Source: Promethearchaeota archaeon
GTDB taxonomy: Archaea > Asgardarchaeota > Lokiarchaeia > Sigyniarchaeales > SOKP01
Assembly: GCA_048940925.1 (NCBI GenBank)
Contig: JBHLOC010000008.1
Location: forward strand, 32,001-96,000
DNA: 64,000 nucleotides
Direction: 5' to 3'
The notes beneath the pieces are model-generated. The model did not search any database. It had not been told where the DNA came from and saw only the letters and a list, made by a program, of their open reading frames with translations. The first letter of the stretch is position 1. Each line of letters opens with the position of its first letter. This document shows, one piece after another, positions 30,742 to 41,328 of this stretch. The position numbers and the translations under genes were made by a program.

Positions 30742-31848
30742 TTAAATAAGTCCCCTTGCGACAATTTGCGATGACCTATATTTTTCCCACAGTGATAAAA
30801 ATTTCTTCAATGTCTCATCACTTGTATAAATTCTATTTCTTGCCTCTCTTTTAGCTTTTAATATTTTAAGAAACCTTTTATCTAAATTTCGGATATAATA
30901 ATCGCCTAATTTGTCTAATCTATCTCTTTTTTCCCCTAGTTTGATAGTATCTATCGCAATCTCACCTGACATCATTGCATAAGGGATCCCTTTACCACTT
31001 ATTGGATCTACAAATCCTCCAGCATCCCCTACAGCAAACACATTTTCTTTGTATAGCTGTTGTTTTAATCCAACTGGAATCAAATGAGGTTTGAAAATTT
31101 CCAGTGTTGCATCTTTTAAAGCTTGTTTTACGAAGGGGAGTGAAATGAATTTATCAAACTCTTTTCTTGAATTTTTTATTAAATTAATTTGATTACCCCA
31201 ACCTACGGTAATAGTTTCCGCTTTTGGGAATAACCATGAATAACCAATAGGTATTAAATTCTCAATTCCAAAAAACAAATGTACAGTGTCATCCCCGAGA
31301 ACTTCAGCAATTTTTGATTTAGTGCTTTTCATTTCTTTAGTGATCGTTAAAATAATATTAGTATTGTTAAAATTCGGCCAATTTAGTGATTTCAACGTTG
31401 GGGATGTAACCCCATCAGCGGCTATTACATATTTAGAAGTATATGTATCTTTTTTAGTCGTTATAAGGTATGAATCCCCTTTTCTATCTATACTAATTAA
31501 TGGTTCGTCTTCTTTTAGAATTGCTCCGCAATCTACAGCCCAATCTGTTAAAAATTTATCAAATGTGCTTCGCCAAATGACAGCACCTTTACCTTTTTTA
31601 GAGTAATCTTCTCCATCAACATGATGTAGTTCTAAAGATTCTATTATACGACTAATTTTTTCTTCAGGATAATCAATTTCTTCTACTAATTCCCAAGCTA
31701 TAGCCCCTCCACATGCCTTATATCGACCTTCTTTATTTAATTTCTCTTTCTCAAGTATACATGTTGAATATCCATTATCTGCTGCAATCTTTCCTGCAAC
31801 TGATCCTCCTGGACCTGCCCCAACAACCAAAATATCAAAATTGTTCAT
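30742..31848 (-). CDS. Geranylgeranyl reductase-family FAD oxidoreductase
   Basis: DILVVGAGPGGS, KACGG, AADG, GYSWLFPK and VGDAGGFVDPISGKGI. Confidence 0.85.
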   Translation of the reverse strand: MNNFDILVVGAGPGGSVAGKIAADNGYSTCILEKEKLNKEGRYKACGGAIAWELVEEIDYPEEKISRIIESLELHHVDGEDYSKKGKGAVIWRSTFDKFLTDWAVDCGAILKEDEPLISIDRKGDSYLITTKKDTYTSKYVIAADGVTSPTLKSLNWPNFNNTNIILTITKEMKSTKSKIAEVLGDDTVHLFFGIENLIPIGYSWLFPKAETITVGWGNQINLIKNSRKEFDKFISLPFVKQALKDATLEIFKPHLIPVGLKQQLYKENVFAVGDAGGFVDPISGKGIPYAMMSGEIAIDTIKLGEKRDRLDKLGDYYIRNLDKRFLKILKAKREARNRIYTSDETLKKFLSLWEKYRSSQIVARGLI

Positions 31849-31953
31849 AAGGATTTTCTCTATTTTTATGAGATTCTTATAAGAAAGTGAAGCTGTATTA
31901 AAAATATTATACAATAATACATACTTATTTTGAAATTTCTATTTATAAAAAAA

Positions 31954-32760
31954 CTAATCTTTTTGCTCAGTAAGAAAAGAAAGCAAAATATTGTTGAATT
32001 CATCAGAATTTTCCATATTACTCATATGTCCTGCACCGCTGATTATTACTTTTTTCGCTCCCTTTATTCCAGAGCTAAGGATATTAGCATTTTCTTGAAA
32101 TTGCGGGATATCAAGTTCACCAACTATTATAAGGGTCGGTATGTTTATTTCACTTAGTCTTTTTTCAGGAGGAGGTCTCGGAGCGATAGCATTTGTTGCT
32201 TTAAGAAAGAATGCGCCTTGACCTTGCGCAACATGTCCATTCAATACCATTTCTTCCATCCTTTTTTTAACATTAGGAATCCTCATTGCCGGTTCAAAAA
32301 GAGGGTCACTCAACCAGTCTTTAAGGGCAGATTTCAAGTCTTGATTAATACCTTTCATAATATAGTTAAAAATTCGTTTATCGCATTCGCGTGAAGGATT
32401 AAAGGTGATGGCAGAGTCTGCAACGACTAATGAGTGCACCAATTCTGGATATTCTATCGTAAAAATGGTTGCTACATGCCCACCCATAGATAAACCCACA
32501 ACATGAGCGGAATCTATTTTTAAGGTTTCAAATAATCCCTTAAGATCATCTTCTTGTTTAAAGCGGTTGGAAACTCCTTCAGATCGACCATGACCCCTCT
32601 GATCGAATCGTATTACTTGGTAAGATTTAGCAAGCAAATCAAACTGGTCATTCCACATTCGATTATCAAGAGTAAAACCATGGATAAGAACCACAACTTC
32701 ACCCTCTCCTTTTTTTTCATAAAATAATTCGGGTTTTTTATTTCCTTCATCGCTACTCAT
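31954..32760 (-). CDS. Alpha/beta hydrolase
   Basis: LIHG, DQRGHGRS, GLSMGG nucleophile elbow, GELD and AGH; start taken at MSSDEG. Confidence 0.88.
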   Translation of the reverse strand: MSSDEGNKKPELFYEKKGEGEVVVLIHGFTLDNRMWNDQFDLLAKSYQVIRFDQRGHGRSEGVSNRFKQEDDLKGLFETLKIDSAHVVGLSMGGHVATIFTIEYPELVHSLVVADSAITFNPSRECDKRIFNYIMKGINQDLKSALKDWLSDPLFEPAMRIPNVKKRMEEMVLNGHVAQGQGAFFLKATNAIAPRPPPEKRLSEINIPTLIIVGELDIPQFQENANILSSGIKGAKKVIISGAGHMSNMENSDEFNNILLSFLTEQKD

Positions 32761-32847
32761 AGTAATACAGCTCTTAGAAAGATTGTAATTATAGAAACCT
32801 GTATGGTTTTTAAATTTTAGCTTCAGAGTATATTTAAACATTTTCAT

Positions 32848-34521
32848 TTATGAAAATTTAAGTATTGCTCCTTTCGAAGCAGAAGAGACAAGATGTCTGT
32901 ATTTTAAAAGTGCTTTGCTTCTAATATCTTTTTCAAAGGGTTTCCATTTTTTTAATCTTTCTTGAATTTCTTCATTTGAAATCTCTATGTCAAGTCTTCT
33001 ATTAGGTATATCAATCTTGATTAAATCCCCATCTCTCACTAAAGCAATTGGTCCTCCGACGTATGCTTCTGGAGTCACATGACCAATACAAGGACCTGAA
33101 GTATACCCTGAAAAACGTCCATCAGTAATCAATGCAACTTTATCTAATTTGGGTTTGCCTACTAAAGTCATAGTTACAGCAAGTAATTCAGGCATACCAG
33201 GACCTCCTTTCGGACCCTCATACCGAACAATAAGTATAGAATTATTTTGAATTTGTTCAGATGTTAGAGCGTCAAGAACATCTTGTTCTGAATTAAAACA
33301 TAATGCTGGTCCATCGAATTTCAACATATGCTTATTTTTAATTGCCGATTGCTTAACAATAGCCCCTTCTGGTGCTAGAGTGCCCTTTAATACTACAGTT
33401 CCTCCTTCAGGGAAAATAGGATTAGTCAAAGGTCGTATTATATTTTCATCTAGAACTTCAATTTTTCTTATAATTTTTCCAATAGTTTTTCCAGAAACAG
33501 TTAAACAATCTAAATGAAGAAAGTCTTTTAATCTACTCATTACAGCAGGGATCCCTCCTGCTTTATATAAATCTGGAGTACCAAAATCTCCCGAGGGAGC
33601 AATATTTGCAATGGTTGGAATTTTTTTATTATATTCATTAAATATTTCTAAATCAAGATCTATCCCCATCTCATTTGCAATTGCAGGAAGATGTAATGTT
33701 GAGTTCGTTGATCCTCCAATTGCTAAATCTACTATTACAACATTTTCTAAAGAATCTTTGGTCATGATTTGAGATGGAGTTATGTTTTCTTTCAATAACT
33801 CAATTATTCTTTTTCCTGAATTTTTAGCAATCATATATTTCATTTGAGTCATTGCTGGGATAGTAGCAGCGTTTGGTAATGTCATTCCAAACGCTTCCAT
33901 TAAACATTGAGTAGTATTTGCAGTACCCATGGCTTCACATGCTCCATATGTGGCACAAGTTATGCATCCAAACTTATGAGTAAAATCTTCATAAACATCC
34001 GTTGTAATACCTTTATAACCTGGCATGAATCTTACTTCATATAAATTAGATCCTCCTGGAACACATATAGTTGGGATATCTAATCGTACCGCTGCCATTA
34101 GAATTGCCGGGTTGATTTTATCGCAACTAGATAAAGTAACCATAGCATCTAATCGATGTGCATCGGCCATTAATTCAATTGAATCAACTATTACCTCTCT
34201 ATGGGGTAAAATAGAACGCATACCTACATTTCCCATAGCTATTCCATCACACGCTCCAATGGTACAGAACTCAAAGGGTACTCCTCCTGCTTCTATGATT
34301 CCATACTTTACTGCTTCGGCAAGAGTTCTTAAATGTTTATGACCTGGATTGAGCTCATTCCAAGTATTTACTACTCCTATGAAAGGTTTTTTATCAATAT
34401 CTTGATCATCTAAACCTAAAGCCTTTAATAATTCTACTTTACCATTTCTAAAAGGTGTCTTATCAATACCATCAAAAAGGCTTTTACTTCTTATTTTTAA
34501 GTTAACTTCTTCTTCATCCAT
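32848..34521 (-). CDS. ilvD: Dihydroxy-acid dehydratase family
   Basis: CDGIAMG, CDKINP, GTANT, GGSTN, RYEGPKGGPGMPE and TDGRFSG. Confidence 0.9.
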   Translation of the reverse strand: MDEEEVNLKIRSKSLFDGIDKTPFRNGKVELLKALGLDDQDIDKKPFIGVVNTWNELNPGHKHLRTLAEAVKYGIIEAGGVPFEFCTIGACDGIAMGNVGMRSILPHREVIVDSIELMADAHRLDAMVTLSSCDKINPAILMAAVRLDIPTICVPGGSNLYEVRFMPGYKGITTDVYEDFTHKFGCITCATYGACEAMGTANTTQCLMEAFGMTLPNAATIPAMTQMKYMIAKNSGKRIIELLKENITPSQIMTKDSLENVVIVDLAIGGSTNSTLHLPAIANEMGIDLDLEIFNEYNKKIPTIANIAPSGDFGTPDLYKAGGIPAVMSRLKDFLHLDCLTVSGKTIGKIIRKIEVLDENIIRPLTNPIFPEGGTVVLKGTLAPEGAIVKQSAIKNKHMLKFDGPALCFNSEQDVLDALTSEQIQNNSILIVRYEGPKGGPGMPELLAVTMTLVGKPKLDKVALITDGRFSGYTSGPCIGHVTPEAYVGGPIALVRDGDLIKIDIPNRRLDIEISNEEIQERLKKWKPFEKDIRSKALLKYRHLVSSASKGAILKFS

Positions 34522-34765
34522 TTCCTATTCCTCTTTTTTTAATAATAAGTATGAAATAAACCAGTTCTAATTTTACTAATACTTTTCTTTTTAAATATCA
34601 TATCAAATCTAAAATTAGTTTATCTTCAAATTGAAAAGATATTTAAAAGATAAAAAAAGAAACTATTTTTCTTATTATTATAAATCAATTTAATATCATA
34701 AACAATAAAATTTTTCATATGAAATACTAAACTGGCTTTAAATCTTGATTTTTTTTTAAAATAAC

Positions 34766-35017
34766 TTAAGATTAGAAGATGGAATTGGAAAATATATTAG
34801 CATTATTTATATTCAAAAAAATAGTCAAAAATTTAAGATTCACCTGGAAACATTTGAAATTAGGAATTTCTTAACTGGTATAAGTAAACATGAAACTGCT
34901 ACAATGATTAATTATGATGAAGATTCAAGTTTTCTGTCATATCACGTTGCAAGTTTTTACTTTAGACTTCTTAGAGTTTTTATTGAATATAACTATAACT
35001 TTAGTGAAAAATCATGA
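34766..35017 (+). pseudogene. Possible start-less gene remnant
   Basis: 83 sense codons (LRLEDG..IIYI..LRVFIEYNYNF) with a stop just upstream and no start codon at the 5' end; loosely similar to the fragment at 8771-8944. Confidence 0.3.
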
Positions 35018-35171
35018 ACATTTTTAAAAATTGAATATAATGAAGTCTCCTCGCTAGAATCTAATTAATGTAAAATTGGTCCTTGGAAAATTAAAACCTT
35101 TAAATTCTAAAAAAAACATTCACTTTTAATGAATAAAAGATTTGTAAGATTTTTCTCATAAATTTATCAGG

Positions 35172-37070
35172 ATGCGATTAAAATTGGATGATATCCTCAT
35201 TTTAAAGTTAGGTGGAAGCTTATTAACTGACAAATCTGAACCATTTTCTATAAGGGAACAAATTTTAAATGATTCAATTCAACAAATTGTTGATTGTCGT
35301 AAGAAATTAGTTTTGATTCATGGTGGTGGATCATTTGGCCATCCAGTTGCAAGAGAATATAATATTTCTAATGGTATAAATCCAGCTATTCAAAATCAAT
35401 TATTTGGGCTCACAAAAACCCATGATGTAATGAACCAACTTAATTCAAAAATTATTGAGACTTTTTTAAAGAAAGATTTTCCAGCAATCTCAATTCAACC
35501 ATCAAGTATTTTTATGATAAGATCAAAAAAAATAACTATTCAAGCAATCGAAGTAATTGAAGCAGCATTGGAGTTAGAGATTTTGCCTGTTTTGTATGGA
35601 GATATAATTTTAGATTCAGATGGTTCTTTTTCAATTATCTCGGGAGATCAAATCATTTTGGAAATTTGCAAGAAATTAAAAAACTTCAGAATTAAGAAAG
35701 TGATATTTACAATTGAAAAAGATGGAGTTTTCATAAAGGATACAAATAATAATATAAAATTAGCAACAAAAATTGATTCAAATACTATAAGTAGTTTAAA
35801 TTTAGCAAATCTTGAAGATAAAATTGATGTTACGGGGGGTATTAAAAAAAAACTTGAAATTGTAGAAAAAATTTGCAATTTAGGCATACCTGTTCAAATA
35901 ATAAACGGTTTAGAAAACAAGAATATCCTTAAAGTATTAAATAATCAACATATAGAATGTACTAGTTTTAAACCAATATTGAAGAGAGAAATTGAAAGTA
36001 AATTGTATAATAGAAAGATAGAACATATAAGAATACCTTTAAAATATAATGTACAACATTCAAAGAATCATTTTGATGAAATTAATTTAATACATCATGC
36101 TTTACCTGAACATGAATTAGATGATATTAACCTTTCAGTTGATTTCTTTGATAAGAACATATCTGCTCCTATATGCATTGCAGCAATTACAGGAGGACAT
36201 GAGATTTCTAAAGCAATTAATAACATTTTAGCAAACGCTGCTAATTTAGAGAATATAATTATGAGTGTTGGGAGCCAAAGAATAGGAGTAGAAGATCCTA
36301 ATACAATTGATTCATTTAAAATTGTACGTGATGTTGCACCTGATATTCCAATAATAGGAAATTTAGGAATTGGACAGATTTGTTCTTCGAAGTTTAATAT
36401 TGATTATTTCTTTAAGTGTATTGAAATGATTAATGCGGATGTTATGGCTATACATTTCAATGCACTACATGAACTTGTCCAAACTGATGGTAATATTTCC
36501 TATAAAAATTTTGAAGAAATTTTTAAAGAAATTAGAAAGAAAAGTAAAATTCCAATTATAGCTAAAGAAGTTGGAACAGGATTTAATAAAGATCTAGCAT
36601 TAAAGCTTGATTTATTAGGATTTGATGGTTTTGACGTTGGAGGAACAGGTGGTACTAGTTTTGCTGCAATAGAATCTTTTCGGGATGCAACAAGTTATGA
36701 AGCATATTCTCGTAAAATTGCTGACACATTTCGTGAATGGGGAATTCCAACACCAGTTAGTATTGTGAATGTTAGAGAAGTATCTAAAAAGTTAATAATC
36801 GCAACTGGTGGTTTACGCTCTGGGATTGATATTGCCAAAGCTATTGTATTAGGTGCAAACATTGGTGGTTTTGCCTTTAAATTTCTAAAAACAGCATGGA
36901 AGGATTACAAACACAATACTTTAGCAAATTCAATCAAAGAAATAAAAACTTTAAAGCAAGAATTAAGATCTTCCTTATGGTTAATGAATATTAAAAATAT
37001 TGGTGATCTTAGAAGTAAAACTGGTAAGGCTGTTTTATTGGGTGAATTATATCAATGGATAAATCAATAG
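35172..37070 (+). CDS. Fused isopentenyl phosphate kinase / type 2 IPP isomerase
   Basis: N-half: KLGGSLLTDK, HGGGSFGH, SGD and DVTGG. C-half: RKIEHI, AAITGG, VGSQR, HFNALHE, KEVGTG, GGTSF and ATGGLRSG. Confidence 0.92.
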   Translation: MRLKLDDILILKLGGSLLTDKSEPFSIREQILNDSIQQIVDCRKKLVLIHGGGSFGHPVAREYNISNGINPAIQNQLFGLTKTHDVMNQLNSKIIETFLKKDFPAISIQPSSIFMIRSKKITIQAIEVIEAALELEILPVLYGDIILDSDGSFSIISGDQIILEICKKLKNFRIKKVIFTIEKDGVFIKDTNNNIKLATKIDSNTISSLNLANLEDKIDVTGGIKKKLEIVEKICNLGIPVQIINGLENKNILKVLNNQHIECTSFKPILKREIESKLYNRKIEHIRIPLKYNVQHSKNHFDEINLIHHALPEHELDDINLSVDFFDKNISAPICIAAITGGHEISKAINNILANAANLENIIMSVGSQRIGVEDPNTIDSFKIVRDVAPDIPIIGNLGIGQICSSKFNIDYFFKCIEMINADVMAIHFNALHELVQTDGNISYKNFEEIFKEIRKKSKIPIIAKEVGTGFNKDLALKLDLLGFDGFDVGGTGGTSFAAIESFRDATSYEAYSRKIADTFREWGIPTPVSIVNVREVSKKLIIATGGLRSGIDIAKAIVLGANIGGFAFKFLKTAWKDYKHNTLANSIKEIKTLKQELRSSLWLMNIKNIGDLRSKTGKAVLLGELYQWINQ

Positions 37071-37197
37071 TAATTTAATTTTTATTAGAATTTAGAATCA
37101 AATATTTTGTTAACCAAATGGTAACCTCGATTATTTCTCATCAACAATCTATAAATGAATTCTTTAGTCCTAGTATTAAACGAAAAATAAAAAATTT

Positions 37198-37584
37198 CTA
37201 TTCTGGCTTTTCTTCTAATGCATCTTCAATTTCATTTTTAAATCCATCGAATGAGCTGATTTTTCCGGTAGATAAATCTATTTTATCAGAATAAAGTTTT
37301 AGAAACTTTTTAGCTAGTTTTTCTAACTCTTTATTGACCTTTTTTTGAGGAAATCTTTTCGAAGAATTAGCAATAAAAATAAGGTCATGTTTTTTAATAA
37401 AGGTAAATCTTCTATTATTTAATTCAAAATTAGATAAACCACCATCAGATATATGATCAGCAAATGTATTTAATGCACTCATCATTGCTCCAAACATCTG
37501 AGGTGCTATAGATTTATCAAAAGCTCTGTGGAAGATTACAATCCCCGACCTTTCCATAATCCACACATTTTGGAGTACTTTCAA
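37198..37584 (-). CDS. Small longin-like domain protein
   Basis: WIMERSGIVIF..MFGAMMSALNTFA..FELNNRRF pattern; SD AAGGAGG. Confidence 0.65.
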   Translation of the reverse strand: MKVLQNVWIMERSGIVIFHRAFDKSIAPQMFGAMMSALNTFADHISDGGLSNFELNNRRFTFIKKHDLIFIANSSKRFPQKKVNKELEKLAKKFLKLYSDKIDLSTGKISSFDGFKNEIEDALEEKPE

Positions 37585-37685
37585 ATGAAGCCTCCTTAAA
37601 TTATTTTCTTTCAGAAAGTAAAATTAAAAGTATATAAAAGAAGAATTATTAAATAAATTTTAAAACTTTTTATTTAAAATAAATT

Positions 37686-38753
37686 TCAAAAGCTTCTATT
37701 TAATACAAAGGTTAATAAATTTTCATAAAACTCTGTTTCAGATTTATTAATTATCGGTTTTAAATGCTCAATGGAAATTTTTGCTTTTTCAAAATAAAAA
37801 TTGGCTAACTCTTTACTTGAATCTTTTACTTCAGCTTCCCTAAATAAATTCTTTACTTCTTGAACATCTTCATCACTCATTTCCTGTTGCTCAATTAATT
37901 GATTAAGATGTTCTTTCTTTCTTTTTTCTAATTTATTTAAAGCACTTATTAGTAGACATGTTTTTTTACCTTCTCTAATATCCCCGTCGGTAGGCTTTCC
38001 TGTAACTTTTTCGTCTCCAAAGGTGCCTAAAATATCATCAATAATCTGAAAGGTAATACCCAGATTAATTCCATATACAGAAAGATGTTTTTTATACTTT
38101 TCATCAGCCTTTGAGTAGTTTGCTCCAATTAAAATGGATTTTTCTAAAAGAGCGCCAGTTTTAAGAGAGATCATATTAATATAGTCTTGAATTGAGATTT
38201 CTTTCTGATTTACCATATCTAACTCAATCAATACCCCATTTGCTATATCTGTGAATGCTTGCTCATAATAATTGATTGCATTTAGGTTTAATTCCTTTTC
38301 AAAGTTGTTGTTAAAATAAGCCTCCAAACCTAAAAAAAATGCGGAATCCCCTCCAATTATTCCGATGGAGTTCCCAAAATCCGTAGCGTTCATTTTTTTT
38401 AAATTATATTTTTTATAGTAATTTTTAAATCTAAAATGAAATGCAGGTTTCCCTCTCCTAAAATCATCCTTATCGATAATATCATCATGAACTAATGAAG
38501 CATTATGAAGGAATTCAGTTCCTACACTTGGAATTATGATCCTATCATCATTTTTAGTGTTAAAAGCATTATAAGTTGCAATGCATAATAAAGGACGGAT
38601 CCTCTTGCCTCCCGCTAAAAAATAATCTCTTAATTCTGAATAATAATCCTTTAGAAACGAATTCTCTACGCTTTTTAATTTTTCATTGTAAATAGTTTCA
38701 ATTGCATAATTAATCTTGGATTTATATTTGGTTACATAATCTGTGAATTTTAT
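37686..38753 (-). CDS. Geranylgeranyl diphosphate synthase (polyprenyl synthetase), probable ATA start
   Basis: The frame extends 120 codons upstream of the ORF-track start and adds GGKRIRP and HDDIIDKDDFRRG. Second Asp-rich motif FQIIDD. No ATG/GTG/TTG in the extension; ATA lies 6 nt after SD AAGGTGA. Confidence 0.9.
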   Translation of the reverse strand: MKFTDYVTKYKSKINYAIETIYNEKLKSVENSFLKDYYSELRDYFLAGGKRIRPLLCIATYNAFNTKNDDRIIIPSVGTEFLHNASLVHDDIIDKDDFRRGKPAFHFRFKNYYKKYNLKKMNATDFGNSIGIIGGDSAFFLGLEAYFNNNFEKELNLNAINYYEQAFTDIANGVLIELDMVNQKEISIQDYINMISLKTGALLEKSILIGANYSKADEKYKKHLSVYGINLGITFQIIDDILGTFGDEKVTGKPTDGDIREGKKTCLLISALNKLEKRKKEHLNQLIEQQEMSDEDVQEVKNLFREAEVKDSSKELANFYFEKAKISIEHLKPIINKSETEFYENLLTFVLNRSF

Positions 38754-38951
38754 ATAAGTTCACCTTAATTCTTGATAAATAATAACATTTATTTTAAATT
38801 ATAAGACATATATTTTACTAGAATAAAAGTAAAATCAAATTATCAATATTCTTAATTACTAGAAAAGATAATATTTAAATTTTAAAATCAAAATTATGAA
38901 TGCTGACTTTCTCTTAGATAAAGAATTTAATATTATAGGCGGAATAGCTTT

Positions 38952-40640
38952 TTGAACAATCTAATCCATTTACGATCCGATAGGAAAAAATTAGGAATAA
39001 TAATTAGCGTATTAATAATAATTATTGGTGTAATTCCACTATTAATTTTAACTTACTTTCCAGAATTAAAACACTCCTATACAATTGAACCTTTGGCGCT
39101 TAGATCTGAGGATGGAGTCTATATAAGTGCCTATAAATACACACCAGAAATAGAAAAGAGTCATGCTGGAATAGTAGTTTGTCATGGCTTTTTTGGTAAT
39201 AAACTTAATATGCAACCATTAAGTATAGAACTTGTTAAACGCGGATTCACTGTCTTAAGTTTTGATTTTCGTGGACATGGAGCTTCTGGAGGATATTTTT
39301 TACGTAAAGATTTAATCAAAGATCTTAAAGCTGCTGTTGATTATTTTGAATACCATCTACCATATATTACTGAAATTGGACTAGTTGGTCATTCCATAGG
39401 TGCTGAAATAGCGTCATTATTTTCAAGAACCAACCCAAATAAAGTCAATGTAACCGTTTGTATTGGTAGTGTTTCTTCTAATTTTAGCGGTGTATCGAAT
39501 CTTCTTTTAGTTACGGGATTATATGATCCAGGTGTAAGTGAAGAGAAAATCATTGAGGTCTTACAGGCATACACCGGAAAAGAAAATGTATACGTTGATG
39601 AGACATATTGGGGTGATTTTACAAACGGAACAAACATTAGGGCTTACATCAGCCCTTTTTCGGGGCATTTATCTGAAGTAGTAGATTCTGCAATTCTTTA
39701 TCAGATAGTACAGTGGTTTGAACAAGCTTTTAATGGTGAAAAGGGCGAGAATATTTTCATAACAGCAACAATATTACAAATATTTTCTTATGTTGCCTTA
39801 TTTGGAGTTATTTTCCTTAACGCTACCTTAATAGTTTATCTTAGTAATTATCTATTTAAAAATAAATTTGAATTTCCTGAAAAAGAAATATTTAGAGGTG
39901 AAGTAGATTACTCTATCAAAAAATTAATTGAATATTATGCTATTCCCGCAGTAATTATCCAAATTATTATTTTTTTAATTTTATTAGATATTTTAGGGGA
40001 AATTATCCCATATTCTACAATAAGTATAACATTATCGCTTATTATTGGGGCTGCTATTGGAGCTTTTTTAATATATATATTCATTCTTTTAAGCTGGGAA
40101 GAAAGGTTTTTCTTTAAACATTTATCTTTGAGAATTAAGAAGATGTGCTCAGTACATCCTGGACGTTCACTAATTTATGGAACTCTTGTTGCGTTACTGG
40201 TAATATTTTCGATAGCTGCTATTTGGCAGTGGTCTGTTCAAAATACGCTCCCTACTGTACGTGAGGTTGGAACAATGATAATTATAACTCTTATTTCATT
40301 TCCTTTTTTCTTGATTAGAGAATTCTATTTTAGGAGCGTTCAAGGGCGATTAAAAACTTCTTATAAATATGAGGAATATTTCATTATGGTAGGTATAGGG
40401 ATTTTCATGGATAATTTTGTTATTATATCAATTATCATTATTGGGAGACTTAATTTAGCTTACTTACCAGCATATGCTCTTTATTTATTTGTATGGATTA
40501 TATTCTCAATAATCCAAAACATATCAGTGACTTGGGTCTATATAAATTCAGGAAGAAACATTCTAGGTTCAACTATCTTCTTAAGTATACTCTACTCTTG
40601 GATGCTAGTTGTGTTCTTCCCCTCATATGGGTTTCTATGA
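38952..40640 (+). CDS. Membrane-anchored alpha/beta hydrolase with multi-TM C-terminus
   Basis: N-terminal TM, CHG, DFRGHG and GHSIG, then about eight TM helices. Confidence 0.75.
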   Translation: MNNLIHLRSDRKKLGIIISVLIIIIGVIPLLILTYFPELKHSYTIEPLALRSEDGVYISAYKYTPEIEKSHAGIVVCHGFFGNKLNMQPLSIELVKRGFTVLSFDFRGHGASGGYFLRKDLIKDLKAAVDYFEYHLPYITEIGLVGHSIGAEIASLFSRTNPNKVNVTVCIGSVSSNFSGVSNLLLVTGLYDPGVSEEKIIEVLQAYTGKENVYVDETYWGDFTNGTNIRAYISPFSGHLSEVVDSAILYQIVQWFEQAFNGEKGENIFITATILQIFSYVALFGVIFLNATLIVYLSNYLFKNKFEFPEKEIFRGEVDYSIKKLIEYYAIPAVIIQIIIFLILLDILGEIIPYSTISITLSLIIGAAIGAFLIYIFILLSWEERFFFKHLSLRIKKMCSVHPGRSLIYGTLVALLVIFSIAAIWQWSVQNTLPTVREVGTMIIITLISFPFFLIREFYFRSVQGRLKTSYKYEEYFIMVGIGIFMDNFVIISIIIIGRLNLAYLPAYALYLFVWIIFSIIQNISVTWVYINSGRNILGSTIFLSILYSWMLVVFFPSYGFL

Positions 40641-40775
40641 GTTAATTTTTGTCTTTATATAGTTAAAGTTTTTTATAATATTATCGCTTTTTTTTTATTC
40701 TGAATACACAAGATAAGAATAAATAAAAAATTGCAATAATTTTTATCATAGGAAAAATGGGATAAATTTTATCAG

Positions 40776-41264
40776 TTGACAAATTCAATGGTTGAAATAA
40801 TACGAGAAATCCAGAAAAGAGACAGGAAAAAGTGTCTTGGGATTATTATTACTTGTTTAAATGAAATAAATAGTAGAAATTATACTTCAGAATTCATAAA
40901 GCACTTAGTAAAGAGCTATAAAAAGAATTTTATGAATAGACGAGAGATTCACACTTTTGTGTTTGAAAAAGAAGGAAATATCTTAGGTACTGGAAGTATT
41001 TCAGCAGAGGGTCAAATCCTTGATGTTTTTGTTGATGTAAAAAATCATAGAAGAGGAATTGGTAAAAAAATTATGAAAACACTCGAAATAGAAGCAAATC
41101 AGAAAAAGATGAAAACTATTTTTTTATATTCAGCAATATCAGCTGTTGATTTTTACAAAAACCTTGGATATTTTGAGATGGACAGGTTAGTTCATAAAAA
41201 TAAAGATGTTGAAATTAGAATGGAAAAACCTTTAGATAAAATTGATTCAAACAGTTTAATTTGA
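40776..41264 (+). CDS. GNAT-family acetyltransferase
   Basis: VFV..HRRGIGKKIM and AVDFYKNLGY. Confidence 0.85.
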   Translation: MTNSMVEIIREIQKRDRKKCLGIIITCLNEINSRNYTSEFIKHLVKSYKKNFMNRREIHTFVFEKEGNILGTGSISAEGQILDVFVDVKNHRRGIGKKIMKTLEIEANQKKMKTIFLYSAISAVDFYKNLGYFEMDRLVHKNKDVEIRMEKPLDKIDSNSLI

Positions 41265-41328
41265 TTTTAAGCAGGATACTCAAATCATTAGTGAGATCAG
41301 ATAGTCTTTATCTCTATATTTCTTTGAA

